Origin: Chiloscyllium plagiosum
Lineage: Eukaryota
NCBI RefSeq assembly: GCF_004010195.1
Contig: NC_057750.1
Span: forward strand, 9,434,062 to 9,497,917
Reading direction: 5' to 3'
Length of the DNA: 63,856 bases
Shown: in pieces, positions 50,527 through 63,047 of the stretch
Layout: every line of letters begins with the position of its first letter
Position numbering within the stretch: position 1 is the first letter of the stretch
Made by a program: the position numbers and the translations under genes
The notes under the pieces: model-generated
What the model was told of the DNA's origin: nothing
The model's input: the letters and a program-made list of their open reading frames with translations, nothing else
Databases searched by the model: none

Positions 50527-51952
50527 GGGTAATGGTCACTCACTGTGTAACAGTACAGAGTCAGGGTTTATTCAGCAGGGTAAGGGTCACTCGCTGTGGA
50601 ACCGTTCAAAGTCAGGGTTTATTCAGCACGGTAAGGGTCACTCACTGTGGAACCGTACAGAGTCAGTGCTTATTCAGCAGGGTAAGGGTTACTCACTCTG
50701 TAAGTGTACAGAATCAGGGTTTATTCACCCGGGCTGAAAAATGTGTTGCTGGAAAAGCGCAGCAGGTCAGGCAGCATTAAAGGAGCAGGAGAATCGACGT
50801 TTCGGGCATAAGCCCTTCTTCAGGAATGAGGAGGGTGTGCCAAGCAGGCTAAGATAAAAGGTAGGGAGGAGGGACTTGGGGGAGGGGCTTTGGGAATGCG
50901 ATAGGTGGAAGGAGGTTAAGGTGAGGGTGATGGGCCAGAGAGGGGGTGGGGTGGAGAGGTCAGGAAGAAGAAATCTGCATTCATGTTCCAACTAGGAACC
51001 CTCCAACCACAAGGGATGAATGCAGATTTCTCCAGCTTCCTCATTTCCCCTCCCCCCCACCTTATCTCAGTCCCAACCCTCAAACTCAACACCGCCTTCT
51101 TGACCTGCAATCTTCTTCCCGACCTCTCCACCCCACCCCCACGCCGGCTTATCACCCTCACCTTGACCTCCTTCCACCTATCGCATTTCCAAAGCCCCTC
51201 CCCCAAGTCCCTCCTCCCTACCTTTTATCTTAGCCTGCTTGGCACACCTTCCTCATTCCTGAAGAAGGGCTCATGCCCGAAACGTCGACTCTCTTGCTCC
51301 TTGGATGCTGCCTGACCTGCTGCGCTTTTCCAGCAACACATTTTTCAGCTCAGATCTCCAGCATCTGCAGACCTCACTTTCTCCTAGTTTATTCACTAGG
51401 GTAAGGGCCACTCACTGTGTAACTGGACAGAGTCAGTGTTTATTCACCAGGGTAAGGGTCACTCACTGTGTAACTGTACAGAGTCAGTCTTTATTCAGCA
51501 GGGTAAAGGTCACTCACTGTGTAACCGTACAGAGTCAGTGTTTATTCAGCAGGGTAAGGATCACTCACTGTGTAACTGTCCAGAGTCAATGTTTATTCAG
51601 CAGGGTAAGGGTCACTCACTGTGTAACTGTACAGAGTCAGTGTTTATTCAGCAGGGTAAGGGTCACTCACTGTGTAACTGTACAGAGTCAGTGTTTATTC
51701 AGCAGGGTAAGGGTCACTCACTGTTTAACTGTACAGAGTCAGTGTTTATTCAGCAGGGTAAGGGTCACTCGCTGTGTAACTGTACAGAGTCAGTGTTTAT
51801 TCACCCCGGTAAAGGTCACTCACTGTGTAACTGTACAGAGTCAGGGTTTATTCAGCAGGGTAAGGGTCACTCACTGTGTAACTGTACAGAGTCAGTGTTT
51901 ATTCACCAGGGTAAGGGTCACTCACTGTGTAACTGTACAGAGTCAGGGTTTA
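50527..51952. repeat. 51-bp minisatellite split by a PLE insertion
   Basis: Unit gtaagggtcactcactgtgtaactgtacagagtcagtgtttattcagcagg. Confidence 0.95.
50733..51386 (+). mobile_element. Penelope-like element 3' end with 5' inverted terminal copy; two hammerheads (50792-50828 minus, 51254-51290 plus)
   Basis: Encodes FQLGTLQPQGMNADF, resembling the C-terminus of the PLE GIY-YIG endonuclease; about 240-bp inverted arm; TSD gtttattcac at 50719-50728 and 51387-51396. Confidence 0.85.
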
Positions 51953-52634
51953 TATGTTGTTAATTGAGGTGTTGGGTGAAGACTATGAGCAGGATGGGAT
52001 CATGTTCCCATCGGAGCAGAAACATACATATCCCAATCCACATTGAAACACCCTTCATCTCCCAGCTTCCCTTGGCTTCTGGGGTATCCCTTCCCAACTG
52101 CTCCCTCGATAGTAGTTGCCACAACCACGGCCTGCCCTTCCCTGGCTTAAACCCCAGGCCTGTGTGTCAGCATGGTATTTAAGAACCCATCTTGCATTGA
52201 CGTTGCCACTTCCTGACCATCTCAAAGTTGCTCTCCAGCCAATGAGGTTACCCATGAAGCGCAGCCAACCGTGGTATTGTCAGAAGAGCAGCGGCCAACC
52301 CGAGCACAGTAAGATCCCACAAAACGGCGAGGAGGCTAATGACTGGGGAGCCTGTTCTTTTGTAAAGTCGTTGAACAAAATCGTTCCTCCCTCCCAATGA
52401 TTCCTCCCTCCTAGCCTCCCCAGTACGCGTTTGTACATCCCTCTCTAGAGTGGGATTTGAACTCATAGCTTTGCCCCTCAGAGGGGAGAGCACGCACTGG
52501 TTCCTGTTAGTCTGCAGGGCACTGCCCTGCTCTTGCCCTCTTACACCGTCAGTGTGTGCTTTGTGGAACCATCAATGAGGTTCTTTTTGATTGGCAGCCA
52601 TTCACCAACAGAATGGTGGCATTCCTGACTAATG

Positions 52635-52800
52635 TATCCAATTAAAATTTGGGAAGACTGAAGCCATTGTTTCCCGCTCCCCGGCTCCAAACTGTCCCCT
52701 AGTTACCGACTCCAATTGTCTCCTTGGCAACAGCCTGCGATTGAACCAATCTGTCCATAACCTCAGTGTCCATTCTAATTCTGTGATGAGCTCAGACATT
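52635..52800 (+). mobile_element. L2 LINE RT remnant
   Basis: QLKFGKTEAIV...LRLNQSVHNL.V motif. Confidence 0.65.
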
Positions 52801-52883
52801 AAACCCAGACTGTTTCCTGGGACTGACAGGTGAAGACAGACTGGATGGGTTCGCACTACATTCACAGGGGTTTCGAGAAATGA

Positions 52884-53300
52884 ATCATAGAAGCCCTACA
52901 GGGTCGAAACAGGCCAGTCGACCTATCGAGACCACGCCGACCCTCCAAAGAGCATCGCACCCCATCCCTGTAACCCTGTATTCCCCATGGCTAACCCACC
53001 TAGCCTGCACACTTTCATATGGCCAATCCACCCTAACCTGCACAGCTTTGGACTGTGGGAGGAAACCCACGCAGACATTGGGAGAATGTGCAAACTCCCT
53101 CCCCCCCCCCCCTTTTAGGGGTTAGGTGCATTAGTCAGAGGGAAATGGGTCTGGGTGAGTTACTCTTCGGAGGGTCAGTGTGGACTTGTTGGGCTGAAGG
53201 GCCTGTTTCCACACTGTAGAGAATCTAATCCACACAGACAGTCACCGGAGGCTGGCACTGAACCTGGGTCCCTGGTGCTGGGAGGCAGCAGTGCTAATCA
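52884..53300 (-). mobile_element. HE1-type V-SINE containing an opposite-strand HE1 3' fragment (about 53118-53230)
   Basis: Head at about 53295; V-domain split by the insert. Confidence 0.8.
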
Positions 53301-54364
53301 CTGAGCCACCGTGACGCCCCTAAATGAGGGGGGGGGGGCGGTGTTATTTCACAGAAACCTGCATAATTCTAATAAGACTAGACAGGGTAAACATAGGAAG
53401 GATGTTCCCAATGACCAAGGAGTCCAGAAAAAGGGGGTGACAGTCTAAGGATATGGGATAGGACTGAGGTGAGGAGAAATGTCTTCACCCAGAGAGTGGG
53501 GGAGCGTGTGGAATTCTCTGCCACAGAAAATGATTGTGACCAACATTGACTGTTTTCGAGTTTGATATAGACATAGCTGAAGGGATCGAGGGGTACAGGG
53601 GGGAGAAAATGGGAACAGGGGATTGAGTTGGATGGTCAGCCATGAATGGTGGACTAGGCATGAAGGGCCGAGTGGCATGTTTCCAAGTGCTTTTGTTAAA
53701 ATTACAAAGACACTTTCCTGCTCTCTGTAACATCCACCCATCTTTGCTGTTGAAACAGTTCTTAATGCTGCCTCTGCTAGATCAAGAGTCGACCATCCCT
53801 GCACAGACTCCCTCCATAAACCCGCTGAATGCTCACCCTCTCTTCACTGTGCCGTTCCCCAATCACCCCCTCCACATGCTCCCTGGGGAGGGGCTCTGAC
53901 CCACGCTGACTCCCAGTAAAGCCACAGCCTGATTTGAACATTCACCTCCCTCCATGGCTAACACCCTCGTCACTCCTCACTGCTGTTGGAGAGCTCTACA
54001 CTCCTCCTCGCCGTACGCCCACCCTCTGATTTTAATCACTCCATATCTTTGGTGGGGTCCGGGGGTGGGGGGCACACTTCCAGTTACCAGAGCATCCCGG
54101 TCTGGAATTCCCTCTCGAAAACCCTTTGACCTCTTGACCTCACCTTGCTCCTTCAGAGACCAAAGTGTTTGACCTTTGCTTTGGTCACTTGATCTAAAAC
54201 CCTAGAATGTGCCTCGTGGTTATACACAGATTTATAATGGCCCTTGCAATGTTTGATCACATCAGACTTGAACCAGGGGATATAGTTTCATCCTAAGGAA
54301 TCTTCTGTACGATAGAGGCAAGGTCAGTTTTATCTCTCTTTCGGAGGGTCTGTGAAATTCTCTT

Positions 54365-55390
54365 TGGAAAATTCCAAAGAGGCCGATATCCCATCCCCCA
54401 TGATTTCCACATGGAGAGTCCTTACCACTGACCCAGCTCCCTCAGAGCCAGCTCTCAGAGTGAACAGAACCTCTGACACTCCTGGTTATTTATTTTAGTG
54501 TTTTTTTTTTCTAAAAGGTGTAGGGAGCACATTGAGAAGTCGAGCCTGGAACAGTACGGGCAGGAACCACATTTCCCTCACAAACTGGAAAAACCTTACA
54601 AGGAACACCTCCAAGGATGAGCAGAGTCTCTGACGATCTCGCAATCAAATCCAATCAGGAGTGGCATGGTGGCTCAGTGGTTAGCACTGCTGCCTCACAG
54701 TGTCAGGGACCTGGGTTCAATTCCAGCCTTGGGTGACTGTCTGTGTGGAGTTTGCACGTTCTCCCCGTGTCTGCGTGGGTTTCCTCCGGGTGCTCCGGTT
54801 TCCTCCCACAATCCAAAGATGTGCAGGTCAGGGTGGATTGGTCATGCTAAATTACCCAGAGTGTTAGGAGCATTAGTCAGGGGTGAATGTCGGGGAATGG
54901 GTCTGGGTGGGTTGCTCTTCGGAGGGTCGGTGTAGACTTGTTGGGCCGAAGGGCTTGTTTCCACACTGTAGGGAATCTAACCTAATCTAATCTAATCTAA
55001 TCCTCTCCATTCTCACCCCTCCCACCCTTGTTGCAGATATTTCCTCACAGACACATTGCTTTTAATGCACAGATTCACTCTGAATGCTCTCGCAATCACA
55101 GCGCTCAAGGAAAGTGTTAGAACAAGGAGAGACAAGGCCTGAGCTGATGACTTACTGCTCGCTGTTCTGGGATTAAACTAAATTCAAATACTTCCTCTGC
55201 CTTCAGTCCCCAAGCCTGCCCGGAATCCCTGTGTTATCCTCACATTCCCAGACAGAAGAACCACAGGAATTCTGTGACATTCCTGTTTCTATCTGTCAGC
55301 CAGGGCTCCCTGATTGGACCAGGTTAACAGCCCCAATCACGGAACTCAGATTCCCTGAGGTCCAGCCAGCTAACCTCATTATAGACACTA
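54365..55390 (-). mobile_element. solo LTR-like element split by an insert of about 780 bp
   Basis: Halves 54365-54490 and 55274-55390 match 7461-7973. Confidence 0.55.
54662..55001 (+). mobile_element. HE1-type V-SINE
   Basis: Full head, V-domain and (ctaat)n tail. Confidence 0.92.
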
Positions 55391-56299
55391 TGGTCTTTGC
55401 AGTGAGGGGTGGAGTGAGGTTGGTTTTAAACAGCTTTGAGGTGATGGCCTAGCGGTATTATCACTAGACTGCTAATCCAGAGACCCAGGTAATGTTCGAT
55501 GGATCCAGGTTCAAATTCTGAATCCAACAAAAAAAATGAATTAAGTGTCTAATGATGGCCATGAATCCATTTCCAATGGCTGGGGAAAAACCCATCCAGT
55601 TCACTGATGCCCTGAGGGAAGGAAATAACCCCACCACCCTGTGGCCTGACCACTTCAACTCTGCCAAGTCTTGGGCCCCCTCCATCACCTAATCCAAGCC
55701 ACCCAAAACCTGGAGGAAGAATGTCTCATCTTCCACCTTGGGACCCTCCAACCACACGGCAACAACACCGATTTCACTGGTTTCCTCATCTCCCAACTTT
55801 CCTGCTCCTCCAATGCTCCCTGATCGCTGGGGCAATTAAGGATGGGGAAATAAATTCTGACTTAGCCAGCAATGCCCTCAATCAAAGGATAGATTTCAGA
55901 CAAACGAGGGAGACAGTGGTGACCGGGGGATGGGCAGGAGAGTACAGTTGAAGCCACAATCAGGTCGACAGTGACTGTACTGATTAGTGGTGCAGGATAG
56001 AGGGACTGAATGGCCTGTGCAGAGACTGAGGGGAAGTGGTAGGCCATTTGGCCCATAGAGCCTATCCTGCTGCTCAATACGATCATCGAACACTGCAGCC
56101 CACCCCATGGCCGCTGCTCCTGCTCTGACTTGGTATATTTGGGTCAAAGGTCCCACTCAAATATAACTTGTTGTTGGGGTCACCTGGACGAGAGAAGATC
56201 CCAGATATTTTGGCCACGCTCTCATTGGCAGTTCAGCTCCCCTAGCTCACACCGCCCACTTCTCCAACCATCCGTTGAACAAACCGCACGCTCCTTCTC

Positions 56300-57030
56300 T
56301 CCGACACCTTGGACTCCCAGTATTCTGGAAGTTTCAATCAGATCCCGTCACCGTTTATCCATCCTTTTAAACTCCATCGAGACCCAGACCTAGAGTCCTC
56401 AACCGTTCCTCATTTGACAAACCCTTCATTCCCAGGATCGTTCTGGTTAAAGCTCCTTTCGGATGACCCCCATTCCTAGGTCAGCACATCCCTCCTTAGA
56501 TACAGGGAACAAAATTGCTCTCAAAATTCCAAAACCAGTCTGACCAGAGCCTCGAACACTTCAGCAGTGTGTCCCTGCTCTCGTATTCTAGCCCTGTCAA
56601 AATGAATCCTAGCATTGCAGTTACCTTCCTAAACGCCAGCTGACCTTGCCTGTTAACCCTAAGAGAATCCTCAAATAGGGCTCCCAAGTCTGCTTTGTGC
56701 TTCAGACTTCCGAATCCTTTCCCTATTTAGAAAGCAGGCCATGCGTCTATTCTCCCAATCCGATTGCATGACCTCACACTTTCCCACATTGTGTTCCTTC
56801 CGTTGTTTTCTTGCCCACTCTCCCGGCCTATCCAAGTCCTTCAGCAGCCTCCGCGCCTCCTCGACACGACCTGTCCCTCCACTTATCACCTGCAAATTTC
56901 GTAACAATGTCCTCAATTTCTTCATCCACGTTGTTCAGGTTTGATGTGAATAGACCCTACACTGACCCCTGTGCAATTCCACTCGTCACCGACTGCCATC
57001 CTGAATAGATCCCTTTAGGCCTCATTCTCC
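56300..57030 (-). mobile_element. old CR1 LINE ORF2 fragment
   Basis: DLDR.GEWARK...NVGKCEV motif. Confidence 0.75.
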
Positions 57031-57474
57031 TTGATTAAAATGATGAATTTTGAGAAAGACGGAAGGAACATATATTTATTTAGTGGCCCTCGTACTCTGG
57101 TTTCAAATTATTCGTTCATAGGATCTGGGCATCGCTGGCCGGGCCCAGCTTTTATCACCCATCTGCAAAATTGCCCAGAGGGTGGTTAAGAGTTGCTGTG
57201 GGTCTGGAGTCACATGTAGGCCAGATCAGGTAAGGAAGGCCGATTCCTTCCCTGAAGGGGAGTAGCAAATCAGATTTTTAAAAATAGGAATGGATTTGTC
57301 CATGCCAACCAGATTTCTAGTCCCATCTGCTTATGTTTGGCCCATTTCCCTCTAAACCCGTCCTATTCATGCATCTGTTCAAATATCTTTTAAATGTTGT
57401 AATTGTACCACCTTCTCTAGCAGCTCTTTCCATACTCAAGCCATCCTCTGTGTGATAATGTTGCCCCTTTTAAA

Positions 57475-58560
57475 TCACACATGCTATACACACAGACACA
57501 CTATACACACACAGACAGGCTACACACATGGCCATGTTTCACCTGCACACTGTACACACACATAGACACTATACACATGCTGCACACTGTACACACACAT
57601 AGACACTATACACATGCTACACACTGTACACACACATAGCCACTATACACATGCTGCACACTATACACACACATAGACACTATACACATGCTACACACTG
57701 TACACACACATAGCCACTATACACATGCTGCACACAATCACACTACATACACATTCCTGAAGAAGGGCTTATGCCCGAAACGTCGATTATCCTGTTCCCT
57801 GGATGCTGCCTGACCTGCTGCGCTTTTCCAGCAACACATTTCCAGCACACTACATACACAGACACACTACACACATGGACATGCTGTACACATGGTCTCG
57901 CTACACACAGGGACGCGCTACACACACAGACGCTACACACAGAGACGCGCTACACACAGGGACGCGCTACACACACGGACGCGCTACACTCACGGACGCG
58001 CTACACATAGGAACGCGCTACACACAGGGACGCGCTACACACAGGGACGCGCTACACCCACAGACACTACACACAGGGACATGCTACACCCACAGACACT
58101 ACACACAGGGACATGCTACACACAGGCATGCAACACACACGGACATGGTACACAGACGCGCAACACACATGGACATGCTACACACAGGCACACAGCACAC
58201 ATGGACATGCTACACACAGGCAATCAACACATTGGACCATGTGACACAAATGGACACACTGTACACACAGACACACTGTACACAGATATATTACACATAT
58301 GGGCACACAACATACATGAACAAACAAAGTACAGATATATTCAAAACACATGAACATAACACAAACACATGAATTTAGACCACACATGTAGACACATACA
58401 TGGACACATGACCTGCAGATGGATACATAGCATGCACGTAGGCCCTCACAATGCATACATGCGCATACAGTACATGCAATCCATGCACAGACACAACATA
58501 GACAGAAGCACATTGACACACAGCACACACGGACACTACACATATATGTAGATACACTGC
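57475..58560. repeat. CA-rich compound minisatellite
   Basis: cacactatacacatgctacacactgta and cacacagggacgcgcta units. Confidence 0.9.
57754..57845 (+). mobile_element. 92-bp hammerhead-headed PLE fragment
   Basis: Begins ttcCTGAAGAagggcttatgcccGAAACGTC; perfect 15-bp TSD cacactacatacaca. Confidence 0.8.
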
Positions 58561-59185
58561 AACATGGGAAGACCCCTGCACAAGGGCACATCCAGAATTG
58601 AACCCGGAACAATATTCACCAGAGCAGGAACCCGGGACTCAAGCCGAAAAGAATCAGCAAGGTTTCTCCATTTGGACAATGGACAAGTCTTCAGAGAGGC
58701 TCATTGGTCAGTGCCTGTTACTGGGCAGGAGGACAGGGGAGAGTGGCCAGTGTCAATATAACCCTGGCACCTAGAGACAAGAGGCCACCATGAGGAGGAG
58801 GAGGGATACGTCTCTTACATCCCACAGGGAGTGATTCGGCAAATTGGGTCAGTATTCATTGGAGTTTGGACGTGATGTAATTCCACTGGGAAGAATAAAA
58901 CTCCGAGAGGGACAAACAGGATTCGATGCTGAGAGATAGCCTGCCACACCCCGGCCTGAGTTGTCTCTGGAACCAAGAGCTCTCAGTCACGTGGTACGGT
59001 GTCGGCCATTTTGGACTGAGCTGAGGAGGAATGTCTTCCCTCAGAGAGCGGTGAGTCTTTGGGATTCCCCACCACAGAGCGCAACATAGGGGCTGAGTCA
59101 CCAGGCACAGCCACGGAGCCTGTTGTGTGTGTTTTTTTTGGGGTTGGGGTCAACGGGATTATGGCAGCAAAGTGGCACAGAGGTC

Positions 59186-59840
59186 AGAGTCATCGAGATG
59201 TACAGCAAGGAAACAGACCCTTTGATCCAACTCATACATTCCAACCTGATATCCTAAATTAATCCAGTCCCCATTTGCCGGCATTTGGCTCATATCCCTC
59301 CAAACCCTTCCTATCCATGTACCCATCCAAATGCCTTCTAGATGTTGCAATTGTACCAGCCTCCACCACTTCCTCTGGCAGCTCATTCCATACACATACC
59401 ACCCTCTGTGTCCCTTTTTAAATTATTCCCCTCTCACCTTAAACCTATGCCCTCTAGTTCTGGACTCCCCCACCCTGGGGAAAAAGATCTTGCCTATTCA
59501 CCCTACCCATGTCCCTCATGATTTTATAAACCTCGATAAGGTCACCCCTCAGCCTTCAATGCTCCAGGGAAAACAGCCCCAGCCTATTTAGACTCGCCCT
59601 GTAGTTCAAACCCTCCAACCCTGGCAACATCCTTGGAAACCTTTCAAGTTTAACAACATCCTTCCTATAGCAGGGAGATCAGAATTGAATGGAGTATTCC
59701 AAACGTGGCGTCACCAATGTCCTGTACAGCCACAACATGACCTCCCAATTCCTATAGTCAATGCCGTGACCTAGAAAGGCAAGCATACCAAACGCCTTCT
59801 TCATTACCCTATCTACCTGCGACTCCACTTTCAAGGAATA
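59186..59840 (-). mobile_element. CR1/HER1 LINE 3' part
   Basis: Reverse complement of the ORF2 end and 3'UTR. Confidence 0.9.
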
Positions 59841-59869
59841 GAGGTCTTGCTGAATGGGCGTGGGAGAGG

Positions 59870-60500
59870 AGATGGCCTAACTGTATTATCGCTGAACTGT
59901 TAATCCAGAGAGGGAGGAGTGGGTACTACAGATGCTGGAGATTAGGGTCAAGATTAGAGTGGTGCTGGTCAAGCACAGCAGGTCAGGCAGCATCCGAGGA
60001 GCAGGAGAATAGATGTTTCGGGCATAAGCCCTAATCCAGAGACCCAGGTCATGTTCTGGGGAGCCTGTGCCCACCATGGCAGACGGTGGAATTGGAATTC
60101 AATATTCTTAAAAAACACATGGAATTAAGAATCTAATGTCAACCATGTATCCAGTGTCGAAAAAATCCCATCTGGTTCACTAGCATCCTTTAGGGAAGGA
60201 AACTGCCACATCCTTGCCTGCTCCTGTCTACAGGTGACTCCAGGCCACAACAACATATTGACTCTTTATTGCCTTCTGGGCAGTAAATACTAACCGAGGC
60301 GAAAGTGAGGACTGGAGATTAGAGTGGTGCTGGAAAAGCACAGCAGGTCAGGCAGCATCCGAGGAGCAGGACAATCTGATGAATTCCTGATGAAGGACTT
60401 TTGCCTGAAACGTCGATTTTCCTGCTCCTCGGATGCTGCCTGACCTGCTGTGCTTTTCCAGTAATTACGGACCTATCTAGTGATGCCTTCATTCCATGAA
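59870..60500 (+). mobile_element. LF-SINE-tail SINE carrying two PLE inserts (59912-60031, about 60297-60461)
   Basis: SINE consensus resumes after each insert; TSD taatccagaga around the first. Confidence 0.65.
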
Positions 60501-60929
60501 TGGATCACTAAAGAGGTTAGAGGGCCTAAACAGCCAGACTTCAGTGACAGGAGAGGGCGGACTCTGATGTTGCCTGGCATCTGATGTGATAGCCTGGCTG
60601 ATGGGGGTGGGCAAGAGCGATCCTAATGCCAGGAAGTTGACATCAAAGTCGATGGAAGAGACAGACCTGCTCAGAGATGGCTGCTTCCTCAGCAGAGAGA
60701 AAGAACAGGAGAAAAATAGAAGCTACCCTATAATTACACAGCCCTCAAAAGGTCATGCGGCATGAAATTATATTCAATTCAAACAGTGACACCCCAGCAG
60801 GCTGGAAAATTAGATACTGCTCCAGTTCCCACAGGAGACAAAATTATCATTTCTTCTCTGACAGGAGTGGAACACTTCCCAGAGTTTGTGTGAATTGAGG
60901 GCCGCTCCTTGGTCCTCATGTCCCAGTCT

Positions 60930-61430
60930 GACGGTGGCTCAGTGGTTAGCACTGCTCTCTCACAGCAGCAGGGACCCCAGTTCAGTCCCACCCTCAGGCG
61001 ACTGTCTGTTTGGAGTAATGCTGGAAAAGCACAGCAGGTCAGGCAGCATCCGAGAAGCAGGAAAATCGACATTTGAGACATCAGCCCTTCTTCAGGAATC
61101 CTGATGAAGGGTTTTTGCCCGAAACATTGATTTTCCTGCTCCTCGGATGCTGCCTGACCTGCTGTGCTTTTCCAACACCACTCTAATCTTGACTCTCATC
61201 TGCAGTACTCACTTTCACCTGTGTGGAGCTTGCACATTCTCCCCGTGTCTGTGTGGATTCCCTCTGGGTGCTCGGTTTCCTCCCACAGTCCAAAGCTGTG
61301 CAGGTTAGGGTGGATTGGCCATGCTAAATTGCCTCATAGTGCCCAGGAATGTGAAGGCTAGGTGGATTGGCCATGCTAATCTGCCCCATAATGCTCAGGC
61401 AGATGAAGGCTAGGTGGATTGGCCATAGCG
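60930..61430 (+). mobile_element. HE1-type V-SINE with a palindromic PLE inserted (about 61015-61218)
   Basis: V-domain split; hammerhead aatc-CTGATGA...GAAACATT-gatt at 61097-61132. Confidence 0.82.
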
Positions 61431-62512
61431 TCCAGGAGTTTATAGGTTTAAGTGGATCATCTAGAAGGACAAGGGCAGCAGATACATGGGAGCCACTCAC
61501 CATCCTGAATTGGAAATATGTCAACATTCTTTCAGTGTCACTGGACCTCCCTCCCCTAATGGTGTGGCTGCACTTAAGCAGAATATACGGATTGAGAGAG
61601 AAAGGATGGAAGTTGCATTTCTATAGCACCTCAAAGTGCTGACAGCCAATGGAGTCCTTTCTGAGGTCATCAACATGGTGGTTAGCTCCCAAAGTGGTAA
61701 TGATGAGCTAATTTGTATTAGACACGTTGGTTGATTGGAGAATAAACATTGGCCCAGGAGACATGAAGGGTGCTACACAAATGCACGCTTCTTCTTTCCA
61801 CGTTTGTTTGATGCTGCCTGGAGGACGTGACTGTACAGGTGGGGCACGGTAGGCTACACCCCGGCTGAGAGAACTCACAAAGAAATCGGGGATGTGGACA
61901 TGCCATTTGGCCCATCCATCCTATACCAGCCCTAGTCTTCCTGATAATGCCCGGAACATCGGTTCTCCTGTTGCTCAGATGCTGCCTGACCGGCTGTGCT
62001 TTTCCAGCACCACACTCCTCAGCTCTGATCTCTAGCATCTGCAGTCCTAGTCTTCCCCACCGACCCCCACCATGAGTTTGCTGACCTATGGGTCAGCTGG
62101 CCTGTTCTTGATGAATGTGAAAAGACAGGAGGAATCTGAAAGTAAGGAGGGTCGATGATACTCTGTGAAGTTTTCCCCTGGGTCATCTCTGAGATATTCT
62201 CTCTGGAGATACTCATTGGAGAAGGCACAAAGATTATAGCAAACCGGGACCCCAGGTTGCCTTTTTATCCCCCTTTTTGAGCCCTTCTGGAAGATTCTAT
62301 GGCCTGTGTCCAATACTAGAAATGGGTGAAAAAGGGGCTTGTTGAAATTTTAGCTTTAAGAAGACCTATGATGTTTAACTTTTAACTTTGCTTATTTTTT
62401 CTACTTTGTGTCTAAAGTTTTGTAACTTTATACCTAAGATGGCGACTTTGTACATTTTTCACTATACTGTATCTCTGTCCTTGAGTACACATGACAATAA
62501 AAACCTCACTCA

Positions 62513-62840
62513 AAGGGGCAACTTTTTCACCCTAAGGGTGGTGCGGGTGTGGAATAAACTGGCAGAGGAAGTGGTTGAGGCTGGTATAAATACAAAATTT
62601 AAAAGACATTTAGACCGGTGCATGTATAAGAAAGGTTTAGCAGGTTTTGGGCCAGATGCAGGCAAGTGGGACTAGTTTGGAATTAGAATTTGGATTAGCT
62701 TTATTGTCACATGAGTGGAGTGAAAAGTTTACAAGTCACCATTTACAGTGCCATTTGGCTACCAATGTACCCCGTTTAGGAATCCTGGTTGGCATGGATG
62801 GGTTGGGCTGAAGGGTCTGTTTCCCTGCTGTAGGACTGTG
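62513..62840 (+). mobile_element. CR1 LINE 3' end, interrupted
   Basis: RGNFFTLRVVRVWNKLAEEVV. Confidence 0.8.
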
Positions 62841-63047
62841 GCCTGTGGCCTGGATCAGGAAAATCCATCCCCAACTGTTGTCCCCACCTTCCTAAAAATG
62901 TGTTCCCACAAAAGTGTTCATCTCCCGATATTCCTCAGTGCCCTGACACAATATAGCTTCTTTTGAAGCAGTGACTTGAAGCGTCCAAGACCAAAACAGG
63001 AGTGAATTGTATCCTGTTAAATGCTGCCTTACTGCCCGCGTACAGGG

